A program made the translations under genes and the position numbers. DNA of 64,000 bases, taken from assembly GCA_002389765.1 (NCBI GenBank), contig DGQM01000010.1, positions 10,160 through 74,159 on the forward strand, read 5' to 3'. The notes beneath the pieces are model-generated. The model was not told where the DNA came from, did not search any database, and saw only the letters and a list, made by a program, of their open reading frames with translations. The stretch is from Bacteroidetes bacterium UBA4414 (lineage in GTDB: Bacteria; Bacteroidota; Bacteroidia; Chitinophagales; Chitinophagaceae). This document shows positions 1 through 10,387 of this stretch, in pieces; position 1 is the first letter of the stretch; each line of letters starts with the position of its first letter.

Positions 1-1064
1 TTACCATATTCAACAAAGGGCTCTATACAGGGCAAAACAGTAAAGGCATTTTTCTGCGTATAAAAGACGAAGCCACACTTGCCGAAATAGATAAGCTGGG
101 TAAGCTGTTGTTTTATGATCCGATACTCTCCGGCAATAATATGCGTAGTTGCGCTTCTTGTCATAATCCTAATACGTTTTTTACAGACACAACTATTGCT
201 ACATCTTATCAGTTCGATCATACTAACTACCTGCCTCGCAATACACCTACTATTATCAATGCACAGTACAATCATCTCTCCATGCTCGATGGTAAGCATT
301 TTACGCTACAGCATCAGGCAAAGGGTGTAATGACCAGCCCTGTAGAGATGGGTGGTAATGAAAAAGATATTGTTGAAAAAGTATTGAGCTGCGATGAATA
401 TAAAACAGCATTTGAAAAGCTGTTGCAATACACGCCGCAAGAACCACAGCTGAGCATGGAGCATATAGCATCTGCTATCACCTACTACTACAGCAAGTTC
501 AGCAAATACTACGCTCCGTTCGATGAAGCAATCAATAACAATCAACCCATTACTGCACAGGCAAAGCAGGGTTTCAATTTGTTTATGAGCAAGTCGCAAT
601 GTGCTACTTGTCATTTTGTGCCGCAGTTTAATGGTGTGAAGCCACCGTACATTGGTTCTGAATTTGAGGTGCTGGGTACACCTGCCGATACTGCATACAA
701 AGCGCTGAGTGCAGACAAGGGGCGTTATGATATCAATCCCGCAAAAGAAACTTTACATGCTTTCCGTACAGGTACTGTGCGCAACGCTGCACAAACAAAG
801 CCATATATGCACAACGGCGTTTTTACAACACTGGAGCAGGTAATAGACTTTTATGATGGCGGCGGTGGTGCAGGGCGCGGCTTGATGGTAGATAACCAAA
901 CGCTGTCTTCAGATTCATTAAAACTGAGCAGGATAGATAAATTGAATCTGATAGCATTCATCAATACACTGAATGAGAGAGTAGTTTTTGAACAAGCACC
1001 TGCAAAGCTGCCGCAATCAAAAATAAAAGCATTGAATAGCAGAAAAATTGGCGGAGCGTATTAA
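1..1064 (+). CDS. di-haem cytochrome c peroxidase (CCP/MauG family); 5' end runs off the window
   Basis: The frame is open from nt 3 to the stop at 1062-1064. It has two CxxCH haem motifs (CASCH, CATCH) and LGKLLFYDPILS and PYMHNGVF motifs typical of bacterial CCPs. Confidence 0.85.
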   Translation, partial: TIFNKGLYTGQNSKGIFLRIKDEATLAEIDKLGKLLFYDPILSGNNMRSCASCHNPNTFFTDTTIATSYQFDHTNYLPRNTPTIINAQYNHLSMLDGKHFTLQHQAKGVMTSPVEMGGNEKDIVEKVLSCDEYKTAFEKLLQYTPQEPQLSMEHIASAITYYYSKFSKYYAPFDEAINNNQPITAQAKQGFNLFMSKSQCATCHFVPQFNGVKPPYIGSEFEVLGTPADTAYKALSADKGRYDINPAKETLHAFRTGTVRNAAQTKPYMHNGVFTTLEQVIDFYDGGGGAGRGLMVDNQTLSSDSLKLSRIDKLNLIAFINTLNERVVFEQAPAKLPQSKIKALNSRKIGGAY

Positions 1065-1065
1065 G

Positions 1066-1473
1066 ATGAAGTATATGAAGAAGATAGCTACATTGATATT
1101 AATCTGTATGGTAGCAGTTGCCTGCCACACAGCAAAGAAAGTACAAGGTCCTGCTTATGAATTGCCCACGGCTATGAAGCCGGAAGTAAAAGCTGAATAT
1201 GCAAAACTATGCGACAAAGGGAAGGCGCTATACGATATGAATTGTGCCAGATGCCATAATACGGAAACAAGACATGCTTCGCTGATACCCGACTTTACAC
1301 AAGATCAGATACGTGGCTATGAGATAAGGGTATCGAACCCCAAACACGAAATGAGTTTGCTGGAAGAACAGATAACGCCCGAAGAGCTGGGCTTGATATC
1401 AACCTTCCTGATGTACAAGAAGAAGACAGGCATTACAATGGTAAAGCCTGCAAAAACAGATGCGGCTAAGTAG
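1066..1473 (+). CDS. small mono-haem c-type cytochrome, probable lipoprotein
   Basis: An ATG lies 1 nt after the CCP stop. The signal peptide ends in VAVAC and there is a single CARCH haem motif. The ORF-track TTG start at 1048 overlaps the CCP gene and is less likely. Confidence 0.65.
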   Translation: MKYMKKIATLILICMVAVACHTAKKVQGPAYELPTAMKPEVKAEYAKLCDKGKALYDMNCARCHNTETRHASLIPDFTQDQIRGYEIRVSNPKHEMSLLEEQITPEELGLISTFLMYKKKTGITMVKPAKTDAAK

Positions 1474-1489
1474 GCGTGCTGCTTAGAAA

Positions 1490-1530
1490 GCAGTTATTCA
1501 AAAAGGGGCATTATGTTTTTGAATAACTGC
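1490..1530. terminator. 15-bp perfect-stem hairpin between convergent genes
   Basis: GCAGTTATTCAAAAA (1490-1504) pairs with TTTTTGAATAACTGC (1516-1530) around an 11-nt loop. It sits between the cytochrome c gene (+) and the response regulator gene (-). Confidence 0.65.
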
Positions 1531-1533
1531 CCG

Positions 1534-2169
1534 TTATAAGCTTACGAGTCCTGTACGCAGGCAGAACAATACGAGGTCTGTTCTGTTTGTCAGCGAAAAT
1601 TTTTCGAACATAATATCACGGTACCAATCTACGGTACGTGTGCTCAGTTTCATTTTCGTTGCCATGTCGTAGTACGGCAGTTCTGTACAACACCATTCCA
1701 GAAAAGTTATCTGACGCGGAGTAAGTACTTCAGGTTTGTTCTCGCGTGATTCTTCAACCAATGCCTTTGGCGTCAGTTTGCTGTAGTGGTAGCCTTTCAG
1801 GTGTACATCGTTTACTGCTTTCAGCAATGTCTTCTCATCTGCATCGGCAGGTACAAAACCGCGCGCACCAAAGTAGAGCATGTAGCTCAATGTATAACTG
1901 TGCGTGTGCGGAGATACGAATACAACCTTCAGGTTAGGGTATTTGCCTTTCAGTTCCTTCATCAGCATAAAGCCATTGATGTGCTTCAGCGAGATGTCTG
2001 TAACCAATACATCTACCTGTGGTTTAGTCTTTAATTTGGCAAGCAGTGCTTTGCCCGACTCTGTCTCGAATATCACCTTACAGCCGCCCGATACCAGTGC
2101 GGACTTTATACCCGCACCCATCAGGGCATTGCCGTTGGCAATGATTACCTTAATAGGGGCTTTACTCAT
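1534..2169 (-). CDS. LuxR/NarL-family response regulator with an atypical receiver domain
   Basis: The C-terminus carries a GerE/LuxR HTH (LTPRQITFLEWC...STRTVDWYRDIMFEKF). The N-terminal receiver keeps a phospho-Asp candidate (VLVTDISL). It has AN in place of the DD acidic pair (VIIANGN) and lacks the conserved Lys (GFVPAD). Confidence 0.8.
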   Translation of the reverse strand: MSKAPIKVIIANGNALMGAGIKSALVSGGCKVIFETESGKALLAKLKTKPQVDVLVTDISLKHINGFMLMKELKGKYPNLKVVFVSPHTHSYTLSYMLYFGARGFVPADADEKTLLKAVNDVHLKGYHYSKLTPKALVEESRENKPEVLTPRQITFLEWCCTELPYYDMATKMKLSTRTVDWYRDIMFEKFSLTNRTDLVLFCLRTGLVSL

Positions 2170-2324
2170 AATAAAAACAGTTTGTTCAGTTTGTCTGTAA
2201 TGCGAAAGTATATATGATTTTTGTATGCAACATCACTATAATTAGGGATTAACAAGTGATAGGCATCAGAAAAAACAAATCCTGTGTCATTCAAATAACA
2301 AGCCATTAAGACAGGCTGAACGAA

Positions 2325-2352
2325 AAAAGCCACCGCAATTACGGTGGCTTTT
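2325..2352 (-). terminator. intrinsic terminator of the 2404-3120 gene
   Basis: AAAAGCCACCG pairs with CGGTGGCTTTT around a 6-nt loop. An A-run on the plus strand gives a T-run on the minus strand after the stem. Confidence 0.75.
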
Positions 2353-2403
2353 CATTGTAAATATTTAGTAGTCAATTTGTTATTTACCCCAATGCAGGCA
2401 TGT

Positions 2404-3120
2404 TTACGATTTCTTGTTTAGCTGTGCACGTATATCTCTGCTATCAACAGTGTAGCCAAGATACTCAGATGGTGAAGAAGCTTGTTTTTTAACAACTTTA
2501 CTTATCAGTTCCAGGTATTTTTGGGTGAAGCGTTTGTTCATCAACTTCCCATTCACCCAAACATCGTCTGTGTTGTATCGCAGGTGCACATTCATTGGTT
2601 GCCTTATTATCAAATCGTTGCACAGGTTTTTGGCCAATTCTTCCTGGTCTTTCAGGTTGGCAAATACATCGCTGAAAGTATCTTTCATTTCTTCGCGGGC
2701 TTTCAGTTGATCTTCAGTGCTTGCAGGCTTCGATATGGCAGGCATATACCTGTTTACAAACACGTTGCATATAGCATCCATGTTTAGATTGTCGCCATGT
2801 ATTTTTATTGTTTGCAGGTCAGGCGCTACTTCATATTTGTCCCAATATTGATTCAGCTTTGCTGCATATTTTTTAGACAGCTTTAATGAGATTGGTTTAT
2901 TATTAACAGAGACATTTTGCTTGTATACGCTTATGTCATAAGGTTTGCCGGCCTGTATCAGACCATCGCTGTATGCATCTACAACCAGAAAATTGTCGTT
3001 TATTCTGTACAAAAATTCTTCGCTCAGCGAATCAAGCGATATGTTGTTGTATTTCTTCCCTTTGGCAATGGCAAGAAAAGGGAGTGCCAATACGGCAAGG
3101 GTTAGTATACTGCGTTTCAT
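2404..3120 (-). CDS. hypothetical secreted protein
   Basis: 238-aa ORF with an N-terminal signal peptide (MKRSILTLAVLALPFLAIA). I recognise no domain. Confidence 0.6.
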   Translation of the reverse strand: MKRSILTLAVLALPFLAIAKGKKYNNISLDSLSEEFLYRINDNFLVVDAYSDGLIQAGKPYDISVYKQNVSVNNKPISLKLSKKYAAKLNQYWDKYEVAPDLQTIKIHGDNLNMDAICNVFVNRYMPAISKPASTEDQLKAREEMKDTFSDVFANLKDQEELAKNLCNDLIIRQPMNVHLRYNTDDVWVNGKLMNKRFTQKYLELISKVVKKQASSPSEYLGYTVDSRDIRAQLNKKS

Positions 3121-3160
3121 ACGTAGTTGGTTTAATGATGAAATTACGTATAAATTGTTA

Positions 3161-4309
3161 TTATACGAATAGCTCGCCTGCTATATTGTCTGCAAACAGT
3201 TTGCCCGTATCTGTCAGTATCAGCTTCTTGTCTTTCAGTTGCAATTGCCCGCGTTCTACACAACGTTCTGCATCGTGCAGTATTTGTTGGCTATAGTCTG
3301 CTCCCCATGTGGTTGCAATCTTTTCCATATCGCACCCCCACATCGTTCGCAGCGATGTCATCAGGTATTCGTTCAGCTGCTGTTCAGGTGTCAGTACTTC
3401 TGTTTCCAGCGGTAGCTTATGTTCTGCCAGCATGCTTTTTATGTACAAGGCATTGTTGGCTATGTTCCAGCTACGGCTTTGCAGGTTGTAAGAGTGTGCC
3501 GATGGGCCGATGCCTATGTAGGGTACTCCCATCCAGTAGTTGGTATTGTGTATAGCATGATGCCCGGGCAGTGCCAGGTTCGATATCTCATAATGGTCAT
3601 ACCCCATGTTGGCGGCCTCAGCCATCAGTATTTCAAACTGGCCTGCGGCCTGTGCAGGGTCTACAGGCGTTGTCTTGTTTCTTTTTATGTTATGGTGCAA
3701 TGCAGTGCCTTCCTCTACTGTGAGCGCATAAGAACTGAAGTGTGGGATGCCGAGCGTTTTTATCATGCTCAGGTTATGCTTCCATGCCGCATCTGTAAGC
3801 CCCGGTGTGCCATAAATCAGGTCTATTGTCAGGTTGCCGAAGCCAGCATCCTGTGCTGTTTTAATGGCCCTGTCTGCCTGTTGTGCATTGTGGGCACGGT
3901 TCATGTATTGCAGGTCTTCATCTCTGAAAGATTGTACCCCTATGCTGAATCTGCTGATAGCAGTATCTCTCAGTTCTTTCAGGTATTGTGCCGTCAGGTC
4001 GTCGGGGTTGGCTTCCAGTGTAAACTCTTGCAGTTTTTCTACCCTGTATAGCTTGTATATATGCGCTGTTATCTGCTTTATTTCGTCTGCAGACAGTACA
4101 GAAGGGGTGCCGCCGCCAAAATAAATGGTTTCAATAGTCTGTTCGGGCAGGTAATTGCTGCGCATCTCCAGTTCGGCCATCATAGCGGCTATCATGTCCT
4201 CCTTCATCCGCAGGCTGGTTGAAAAATGGAAATTGCAATAGGTACATGCCTGCTTGCAGAATGGTATATGTAGGTAGATGCCTGCCACTGATTCTTTTCT
4301 TTGCCGCAA
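3161..4309 (-). CDS. hemW: radical SAM haem chaperone / oxygen-independent coproporphyrinogen oxidase-like protein (HemW/HemN family)
   Basis: CxxxCxxC radical-SAM motif in an IYLHIPFCKQACTYCNF context, with length and C-terminal region typical of HemW. The start is uncertain: TTG at 4309 or GTG at 4288. Confidence 0.8.
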   Translation of the reverse strand: MRQRKESVAGIYLHIPFCKQACTYCNFHFSTSLRMKEDMIAAMMAELEMRSNYLPEQTIETIYFGGGTPSVLSADEIKQITAHIYKLYRVEKLQEFTLEANPDDLTAQYLKELRDTAISRFSIGVQSFRDEDLQYMNRAHNAQQADRAIKTAQDAGFGNLTIDLIYGTPGLTDAAWKHNLSMIKTLGIPHFSSYALTVEEGTALHHNIKRNKTTPVDPAQAAGQFEILMAEAANMGYDHYEISNLALPGHHAIHNTNYWMGVPYIGIGPSAHSYNLQSRSWNIANNALYIKSMLAEHKLPLETEVLTPEQQLNEYLMTSLRTMWGCDMEKIATTWGADYSQQILHDAERCVERGQLQLKDKKLILTDTGKLFADNIAGELFV

Positions 4310-4408
4310 AGCTACATGCTACAGACGGTAATATGTATTTGTAAAAAATCTGATTTGGCATTGGCAATATTTAAAACGCCGTGCTATTTTTAATATCGGA
4401 ACATACCG

Positions 4409-4957
4409 ATGCAGATGAAAAGACTATTCTTTACAGCATGTATTTCGGCTTCATGGGCTTTGTGCAATGCGCAAGACCTGAAGCAGACAACCTATTATAT
4501 GGGCTTGCCCAATGTATCTAAAGCTGCTAAGGATGTACACGCAGGTGCGGTAAGGCCTACAGACGATGCCATTATGGCCAGTATTGCCGACAGTATGTTT
4601 ACCGAAAACGACGATACGCGTCCGTTCTACGTTTTTCTGGTTTCAAAAACTCTGTACAATACACAAAACAAAAGCCTGAAGCTGATGCTGGGTGCTGCTT
4701 GCCGCAGGTGTTTGCAGAATTACCCCAACGGTGCATTGGAATTGCTCTTTTCAAAAAGCGTGAAACCTGTGTATAAAGAAGCATGGGCCGCTGCCATAGC
4801 CAACGATATTGATGGAAATTGTGAAGGTGCTGCATTGAAAGATTGCTACAAACAATCGCGTATGTTGGCACTGGAGGTGTGCAAGACAGATAATAAAGAC
4901 AAGCTGGAGATTGTGTATAATCTGATACGTACACACCTCAATATCGGTTTCAGATAA
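4409..4957 (+). CDS. hypothetical secreted protein
   Basis: 182-aa ORF with a signal peptide (MKRLFFTACISASWALCNAQ). I recognise no domain. Confidence 0.55.
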   Translation: MQMKRLFFTACISASWALCNAQDLKQTTYYMGLPNVSKAAKDVHAGAVRPTDDAIMASIADSMFTENDDTRPFYVFLVSKTLYNTQNKSLKLMLGAACRRCLQNYPNGALELLFSKSVKPVYKEAWAAAIANDIDGNCEGAALKDCYKQSRMLALEVCKTDNKDKLEIVYNLIRTHLNIGFR

Positions 4958-5001
4958 ATACGTCTTCTTTGTTTCCGAAATGTAACTTTGCCTGCGGCAT
5001 T

Positions 5002-5877
5002 ATGTCTTTCAAACGTTTTATATCGCTCACTGTATCAATGGTTTTGTTGGTTGTTGGTTTTGCATCTGCAAAGGTCAATATCAGCCAATTGCCATTTGCC
5101 TTGCCCGATAAGGGAGTGCGTGCTGCAGAAGCAAGCCGGTTGGCAGATAGCATGGTAAAGACAAACCCTATGCTGAATAGCAAAGTGGTGTATAATGCGG
5201 TAGAGAAAGTGCATGTGTTTCAGAACAAGACACTGGATTTCTACGTAATTCTTGCCATTGTGCTGATGCTTGGAGTGGCTCGTTATGCCAATCCCAAATA
5301 TTTTCAAAATCTGTGGAGCACTTTCCGCAGCCCCGGCCATTCGCATGCTTCCAGAGAGCAACTGGAGGTTGCAGGTTTTTCAAACCTGTTTATGAATGTG
5401 TTTTTTGCCATGGTATCGGGTTTGTATGTGTACTATCTGGTACGTGCCAATACTTCAACCGTTGTTACAGAAAGTGTACCGCAATGGTTGCTGATGCTGA
5501 TGCTCATGGTGGGGGTAGGGGTTATTTACCTGGCCAAGTATATTACCATCAGCTTCGGAGGTTGGGCTTTTAAGCTGGAAGCGGTATCTAAATCTTATAT
5601 TTTTAATATATTTCTTATTAATAAGATAATGGCACTGGTACTGCTGCCTTTCGTATTGCTGATAGCTTTTGCTGCGCCTACATACGCAGGTCCGGCATTG
5701 GTGGTATCGGGCGTGCTGATAGCGCTGTTGTTCGTTAGCAGGTACATCAGGTCGTGGCAGGTGTTCGGTTCGTTCTTCCAGTTCAGCAAATTCCATTTTT
5801 TTACGTACCTTTGCGCCTCAGAAATATTGCCGCTGGCAGTGTTAATGAAACTACTCGTACGTGGATTGCTTTATTGA
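5002..5877 (+). CDS. polytopic membrane protein (DUF4271-like)
   Basis: Several hydrophobic helices are present. From memory, a membrane protein immediately upstream of a hemD-like gene is common in Bacteroidota. ATG at 5002 is preferred over the ORF-track TTG at 4969. Confidence 0.5.
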   Translation: MSFKRFISLTVSMVLLVVGFASAKVNISQLPFALPDKGVRAAEASRLADSMVKTNPMLNSKVVYNAVEKVHVFQNKTLDFYVILAIVLMLGVARYANPKYFQNLWSTFRSPGHSHASREQLEVAGFSNLFMNVFFAMVSGLYVYYLVRANTSTVVTESVPQWLLMLMLMVGVGVIYLAKYITISFGGWAFKLEAVSKSYIFNIFLINKIMALVLLPFVLLIAFAAPTYAGPALVVSGVLIALLFVSRYIRSWQVFGSFFQFSKFHFFTYLCASEILPLAVLMKLLVRGLLY

Positions 5878-5935
5878 TATTCGATTGAGTTGCCAGTATG
5901 GAGTATTAACATAAAACATCCGTTTTTAACCCAAT

Positions 5936-6736
5936 ATGGCAAAAGCTGAACGTTCGCAGACTAAAAGCACAGGGAAAAAAGATACGCAAAAGGTTGGTGC
6001 AATTCTCATTACCCAACCACGCCCGGAAACGGAAAAATCTCCCTACTTTGATTTAGCCAAAAAGTACGAAGTGAAACTCACTTTCCATCCTTTCATCAGG
6101 GTTGAAGGCCTTACCGGTAAAGATTTCCGTAAGCAGAAAGTTGATATAGGTGAGCATACTGCCATCATCTTTACTAGCCGCAATGCAGTAGATCATTTCT
6201 TCCGTATTTGCGAAGAGTTGAAGGTGAAAGTATCGCAGGATATGAAGTACTTCTGTATCACAGAAGCGGTAGCGTTGTATTTGCAGAAATTCATTCTGTA
6301 TCGTAAGCGCAAAGTATTCTTTTCTGCCGATGGTACTACAGATGGTTTGCTGGAGGTAATAGCCAAGCACAAGCACAACGAGAAGTTCATACTGCCTACT
6401 GCCGATAATGGTAAGAACGATATTGGCCAGTTCTTGCAAAGCCACAATATTCAGCACTCTGAGGCTACACTGTACCGCACTGTATCTAACGATGTTACAG
6501 AGGTAATGAAAGAACATCATGATATGATTGTGTTCTTCAGCCCGTTCAGCGTGCAGACACTATTCGATTTCGACCCGAAATTCAAACAAAACGGCACACT
6601 CATTGGTGCATTTGGCCCTACTACTTCAAAAGCTATTGAAGATGCAGGTCTGAGGCTCGACATCAAAGCACCTGCGCCTAATGCGCCATCTATGGTAGCA
6701 GCGCTGGAGCAATACCTGATACAAAACAAGAAATAA
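5936..6736 (+). CDS. hemD: uroporphyrinogen-III synthase family protein
   Basis: HEM4-like pattern (ILITQPRPE...FHPFIRVEG...AIIFTSRNAV...FGPTTSKAIEDAG), with a Lys-rich N-terminal extension. Confidence 0.6.
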   Translation: MAKAERSQTKSTGKKDTQKVGAILITQPRPETEKSPYFDLAKKYEVKLTFHPFIRVEGLTGKDFRKQKVDIGEHTAIIFTSRNAVDHFFRICEELKVKVSQDMKYFCITEAVALYLQKFILYRKRKVFFSADGTTDGLLEVIAKHKHNEKFILPTADNGKNDIGQFLQSHNIQHSEATLYRTVSNDVTEVMKEHHDMIVFFSPFSVQTLFDFDPKFKQNGTLIGAFGPTTSKAIEDAGLRLDIKAPAPNAPSMVAALEQYLIQNKK

Positions 6737-6756
6737 CTCCGTTCTCAATATTTGTC

Positions 6757-6785
6757 AAAAGCATTGCTGTACAGCAATGCTTTTT
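6757..6785 (+). terminator. intrinsic terminator after the hemD-like gene
   Basis: Perfect palindrome AAAAGCATTGCTGT/ACAGCAATGCTTTT followed by T residues. Confidence 0.75.
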
Positions 6786-6838
6786 GCTTTTAGGGGCTGT
6801 TTAGTGCGTACATTTATGCCGCTAAATACAATGATGCA

Positions 6839-8854
6839 ATGCCCAACAGACTGATAGATGAATTGAGCCCATATTTGCTGCAACATGCCCACAATCCTGT
6901 AGATTGGTATCCTTGGGGCGATGAACCATTTGAACGCGCTAAAAGGGAAAATAAACCTGTAATAGTGAGTATCGGCTATGCCGCCTGCCACTGGTGCCAT
7001 GTCATGGAGCACGAAAGCTTTGAAGATGTAACCACCGCTTCCTATATGAACGAGCATTTTGTATGTATAAAAGTGGATAGGGAAGAACACCCCGCAGTAG
7101 ATCATATGTACATGGATGCCGTGCAAGCCATTACTGGTAGTGGTGGTTGGCCGCTGAATGTGTTTGTGACGCCTGAAAGGTTGCCATATTACGGGGGTAC
7201 CTATTTCCCGCCAAAGCCGCTCTATGGGCGCTCCTCGTGGATGCAGATACTGGAACGCATGCACGAAATATGGAACAACAGGCAGGAAGACGTAGCACAA
7301 CAAAGCACACAAATGCTGCAATACCTGCAAAACGCGTCAAAAGTGGGTACAGCAGGCACAGGCAAGCAATGGGATGCTGCTACCTGCAAAGAAATGGCTG
7401 AAAACCTGCTGAAACAGGCAGATACAGCGCTCGGTGGGTTTAGCAAAGCACCAAAGTTTCCGGGTACAATGGCTATTGGCTATTTGCTGCAACATTATGT
7501 ATTGACCGCAGATGAACCATCCTTGCAGCAGGCATTAAAAAGCCTGGATGCCATGCTGGATGGCGGTATTTACGACCAGATAGGCGGAGGCCTTGCGCGT
7601 TATGCTACAGACGATAAATGGCTGATACCGCACTTTGAAAAAATGCTCTACGATAATGCGCTGTTAGTTGGGGTGCTGTGCGATGCCTTTGCTGTAACAA
7701 AAAACAATCGTTACAAGGTGGCTATTGATGAGATAATAGCCTTTGCAGAAAGAGAGCTGAAAGATGCAAGCGGCGGATATTACAGCGCACTGGATGCAGA
7801 CAGCGAAGGGGTAGAAGGTAAGTACTATACATGGACATGGGAAGAATGGCAAGAAGTAATAGGAAGTGATGAAATATTGATGTCGTACTTTGGCGTGTCT
7901 GAAGAAGGTAACTGGGAGCATACTAACATACTGCATGTGGCGCAGCCTGCAGAAAATATAGCGATGCGCATGTGTCTTGGCTCGATAGATGTTTTGAATC
8001 ATGTGGCGGAGGCTAAAAAGAAGCTGTTTGCTGCAAGAGAAAAACGCATACGCCCGCTTACGGACGATAAAAGCCTGCTTTCGTGGAATGCACTAATGAA
8101 TATTGCCCTTAGCAAAGCGGCAATGGTACTGGATAATGCAGCCTACGCCACGCGTGCTTGGGAGCATATGAACTGGATGCATGCAAACTTCAGGAAAGAA
8201 GGTGAATGGTACCACACATGGAAGGCAGGACAGACAAGGATTGTAGCCAATCTGGAAGACTATGCATATCTGCTGCAAGCCATGTTGCAACTGGCTTCTG
8301 TTACAGGTAACAATGAATACATTTTGCAGGCTTCAGACCTGTTACAGACTATTCACGGAAATTTTATTAATGAAGAACAAACGTTTTTCTATTATTCATC
8401 CGTCCTTCAGAAAGACATTCCTGTTCGTAAAACAGATATATACGATGGTGCACTGCCATCGGCAAATGCAGTAATGGCGCACAACCTTCTACTGTTAGGT
8501 CTTTGTATGGATAATGCTGCTTGGCTGGAACAAGCATACGCTATGCTGCTGCGTATAGCAGGTACAGCGCACAGGTATACCTATTCATTCAGCTATTGGG
8601 CTATGTTGCTGCAGCAATACATTATTGGTTATAAGACAGCAGTTTGTACCGGAAGCCAAGCATCTTACTTGCACCAAAGGTTACTTCCTGCATTATATAC
8701 TATCACTTCACAAAAAGAAATATCTGATATCCCATTATTGAAAAACAAATTTGAATGGTCTCAGGACAGTGTATTTATATGCACTACAGATAGCTGTTTG
8801 CCGCCAACAAGGCTAGCAGCCGATGTTTTGAAATATTTGCAAGTGTTAAAATAA
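6839..8854 (+). CDS. thioredoxin-domain protein (DUF255 / YyaL-like)
   Basis: N-terminal [20 protein letters not shown] and [15 protein letters not shown] motifs, followed by a long alpha-helical (six-hairpin glycosidase-like) remainder. Confidence 0.85.
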   Translation: MPNRLIDELSPYLLQHAHNPVDWYPWGDEPFERAKRENKPVIVSIGYAACHWCHVMEHESFEDVTTASYMNEHFVCIKVDREEHPAVDHMYMDAVQAITGSGGWPLNVFVTPERLPYYGGTYFPPKPLYGRSSWMQILERMHEIWNNRQEDVAQQSTQMLQYLQNASKVGTAGTGKQWDAATCKEMAENLLKQADTALGGFSKAPKFPGTMAIGYLLQHYVLTADEPSLQQALKSLDAMLDGGIYDQIGGGLARYATDDKWLIPHFEKMLYDNALLVGVLCDAFAVTKNNRYKVAIDEIIAFAERELKDASGGYYSALDADSEGVEGKYYTWTWEEWQEVIGSDEILMSYFGVSEEGNWEHTNILHVAQPAENIAMRMCLGSIDVLNHVAEAKKKLFAAREKRIRPLTDDKSLLSWNALMNIALSKAAMVLDNAAYATRAWEHMNWMHANFRKEGEWYHTWKAGQTRIVANLEDYAYLLQAMLQLASVTGNNEYILQASDLLQTIHGNFINEEQTFFYYSSVLQKDIPVRKTDIYDGALPSANAVMAHNLLLLGLCMDNAAWLEQAYAMLLRIAGTAHRYTYSFSYWAMLLQQYIIGYKTAVCTGSQASYLHQRLLPALYTITSQKEISDIPLLKNKFEWSQDSVFICTTDSCLPPTRLAADVLKYLQVLK

Positions 8855-9034
8855 AGCAGTATTTTCATTCCCCTTATCCATAAAAGCATGCGAAAATTCT
8901 TAACAAATTTTTTTTTGAAACTTGCATTTCTGGAAAAAACTTCAAATATTGTGCAACAGTTCTGTCAGAAAGTTTCTGGCTGAACTAAAAAATTACTTTA
9001 TTTGCCAATAGCAAAAACAATAACAATAAGTAGT

Positions 9035-10291
9035 ATGAAACAACTTTCCCTGAAGATCTCGGCTGTAGCATTACTAGCATTGGCTGCCGGCTGCGGAAAA
9101 CCAGGCAATGGAGGTCAGCTTGTAGGTGAGCCTAACATGATGACATACAAGCCACCGGTTCCGATAGGCATGGTGTATGTACCGTCTGGTGTTTTAAAAA
9201 TGGGAGCTAGTGATGAAGATGTTCGCGGGAAAAATGACGCGATGATTCGTACCGCTCAGTTAACGGGCTTCTACATGGACGCTACTGAAATAACTAACGC
9301 AGAGTACCGCCAGTTTACCAACTGGGTACGTGACTCTATGGCACACCAAGCACTTGGTGATGTTATAGATGATGCTGATGGTAACCAGCGTTTGGATATG
9401 AGGAAAAAAATCAACTGGAGAGATCCTGATTTGCAAGAACAACTGAGTTCTTTCTTCATCCCTGCTGATCAATCTGGTTGGGGTAAAAAAGAATTTGACA
9501 ATTCTAAGCTGATATATCACTACACAGTTTACGACTATCGTGAAAATGTATTGAATCCAGGTCAGACTAAGAGTTCTTTCAACAAAGAATATAATGTAGC
9601 TATCTATCCGGATACTACTGTATGGGTAAGGCAATTGCAATATTCATACAACGAACCAATTGCTATGCAATACAACTGGTTCCCTGCATTCAACCAATAT
9701 CCTGTTGTGGGTGTTAACTGGCATCAGGCAAATGCATTCTGTAACTGGCGTACTATGCTGTGGAAGCAAGATCGCGAGAAAAACAAAATGTACTTTGAAG
9801 GTGAATTCATGTTGCCTAACGAACAACAATGGGAATGGGCAGCTCGCGGTGGTCATACAGAGTCTCCTTATCCATGGGGTGGTCCTTACCTGGTTAACAA
9901 AAAAGGTTGTTACCTGGCTAACTTCAAACCTCAACGCGGTAACTACGCTGCAGATGGTGGCTTGTACACTGTTCCTGTAGATCGCTACTGGCCAAACGAT
10001 TACGGTCTGTACAATATGGCTGGTAACGTAGCTGAGTGGACACGTGATTCTTACTTCGGTACTGCATATCAAACTGTATCAGATATCAATCCTGAACTGA
10101 ACCACAAAATGCGCGAAAGCGATCCTCAGTGGATGAAGCGTAAAGTTATCCGTGGTGGTAGCTGGAGAGACGTAGCATTCTATCTGCAAAATGGTACTCG
10201 CGATTTCGAATACGCAGATACTGCTAAAGCTTACATCGGTTTCCGTTGTACATATCAACAAATAGCACCGGCATTAACTAACAGACGTTAA
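9035..10291 (+). CDS. gldK: gliding motility / T9SS lipoprotein GldK (PorK homologue)
   Basis: Lipoprotein signal (LALAAGCGK). FGE-sulfatase/SUMF1-type domain (GVNWHQANAFCNW, RGGSWRD). It is the first gene of a K-L-M-N series. ATG at 9035 is preferred to the TTG at 9002. Confidence 0.85.
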   Translation: MKQLSLKISAVALLALAAGCGKPGNGGQLVGEPNMMTYKPPVPIGMVYVPSGVLKMGASDEDVRGKNDAMIRTAQLTGFYMDATEITNAEYRQFTNWVRDSMAHQALGDVIDDADGNQRLDMRKKINWRDPDLQEQLSSFFIPADQSGWGKKEFDNSKLIYHYTVYDYRENVLNPGQTKSSFNKEYNVAIYPDTTVWVRQLQYSYNEPIAMQYNWFPAFNQYPVVGVNWHQANAFCNWRTMLWKQDREKNKMYFEGEFMLPNEQQWEWAARGGHTESPYPWGGPYLVNKKGCYLANFKPQRGNYAADGGLYTVPVDRYWPNDYGLYNMAGNVAEWTRDSYFGTAYQTVSDINPELNHKMRESDPQWMKRKVIRGGSWRDVAFYLQNGTRDFEYADTAKAYIGFRCTYQQIAPALTNRR

Positions 10292-10387
10292 TTTTAACTG
10301 TTAGCTAATAAAACACAATAAAAAAAAGAACCAAGCGTTTAAAAAGTAGTAATAAGATTTTTTCAACCCTTTAGAAAAATTATAGAA

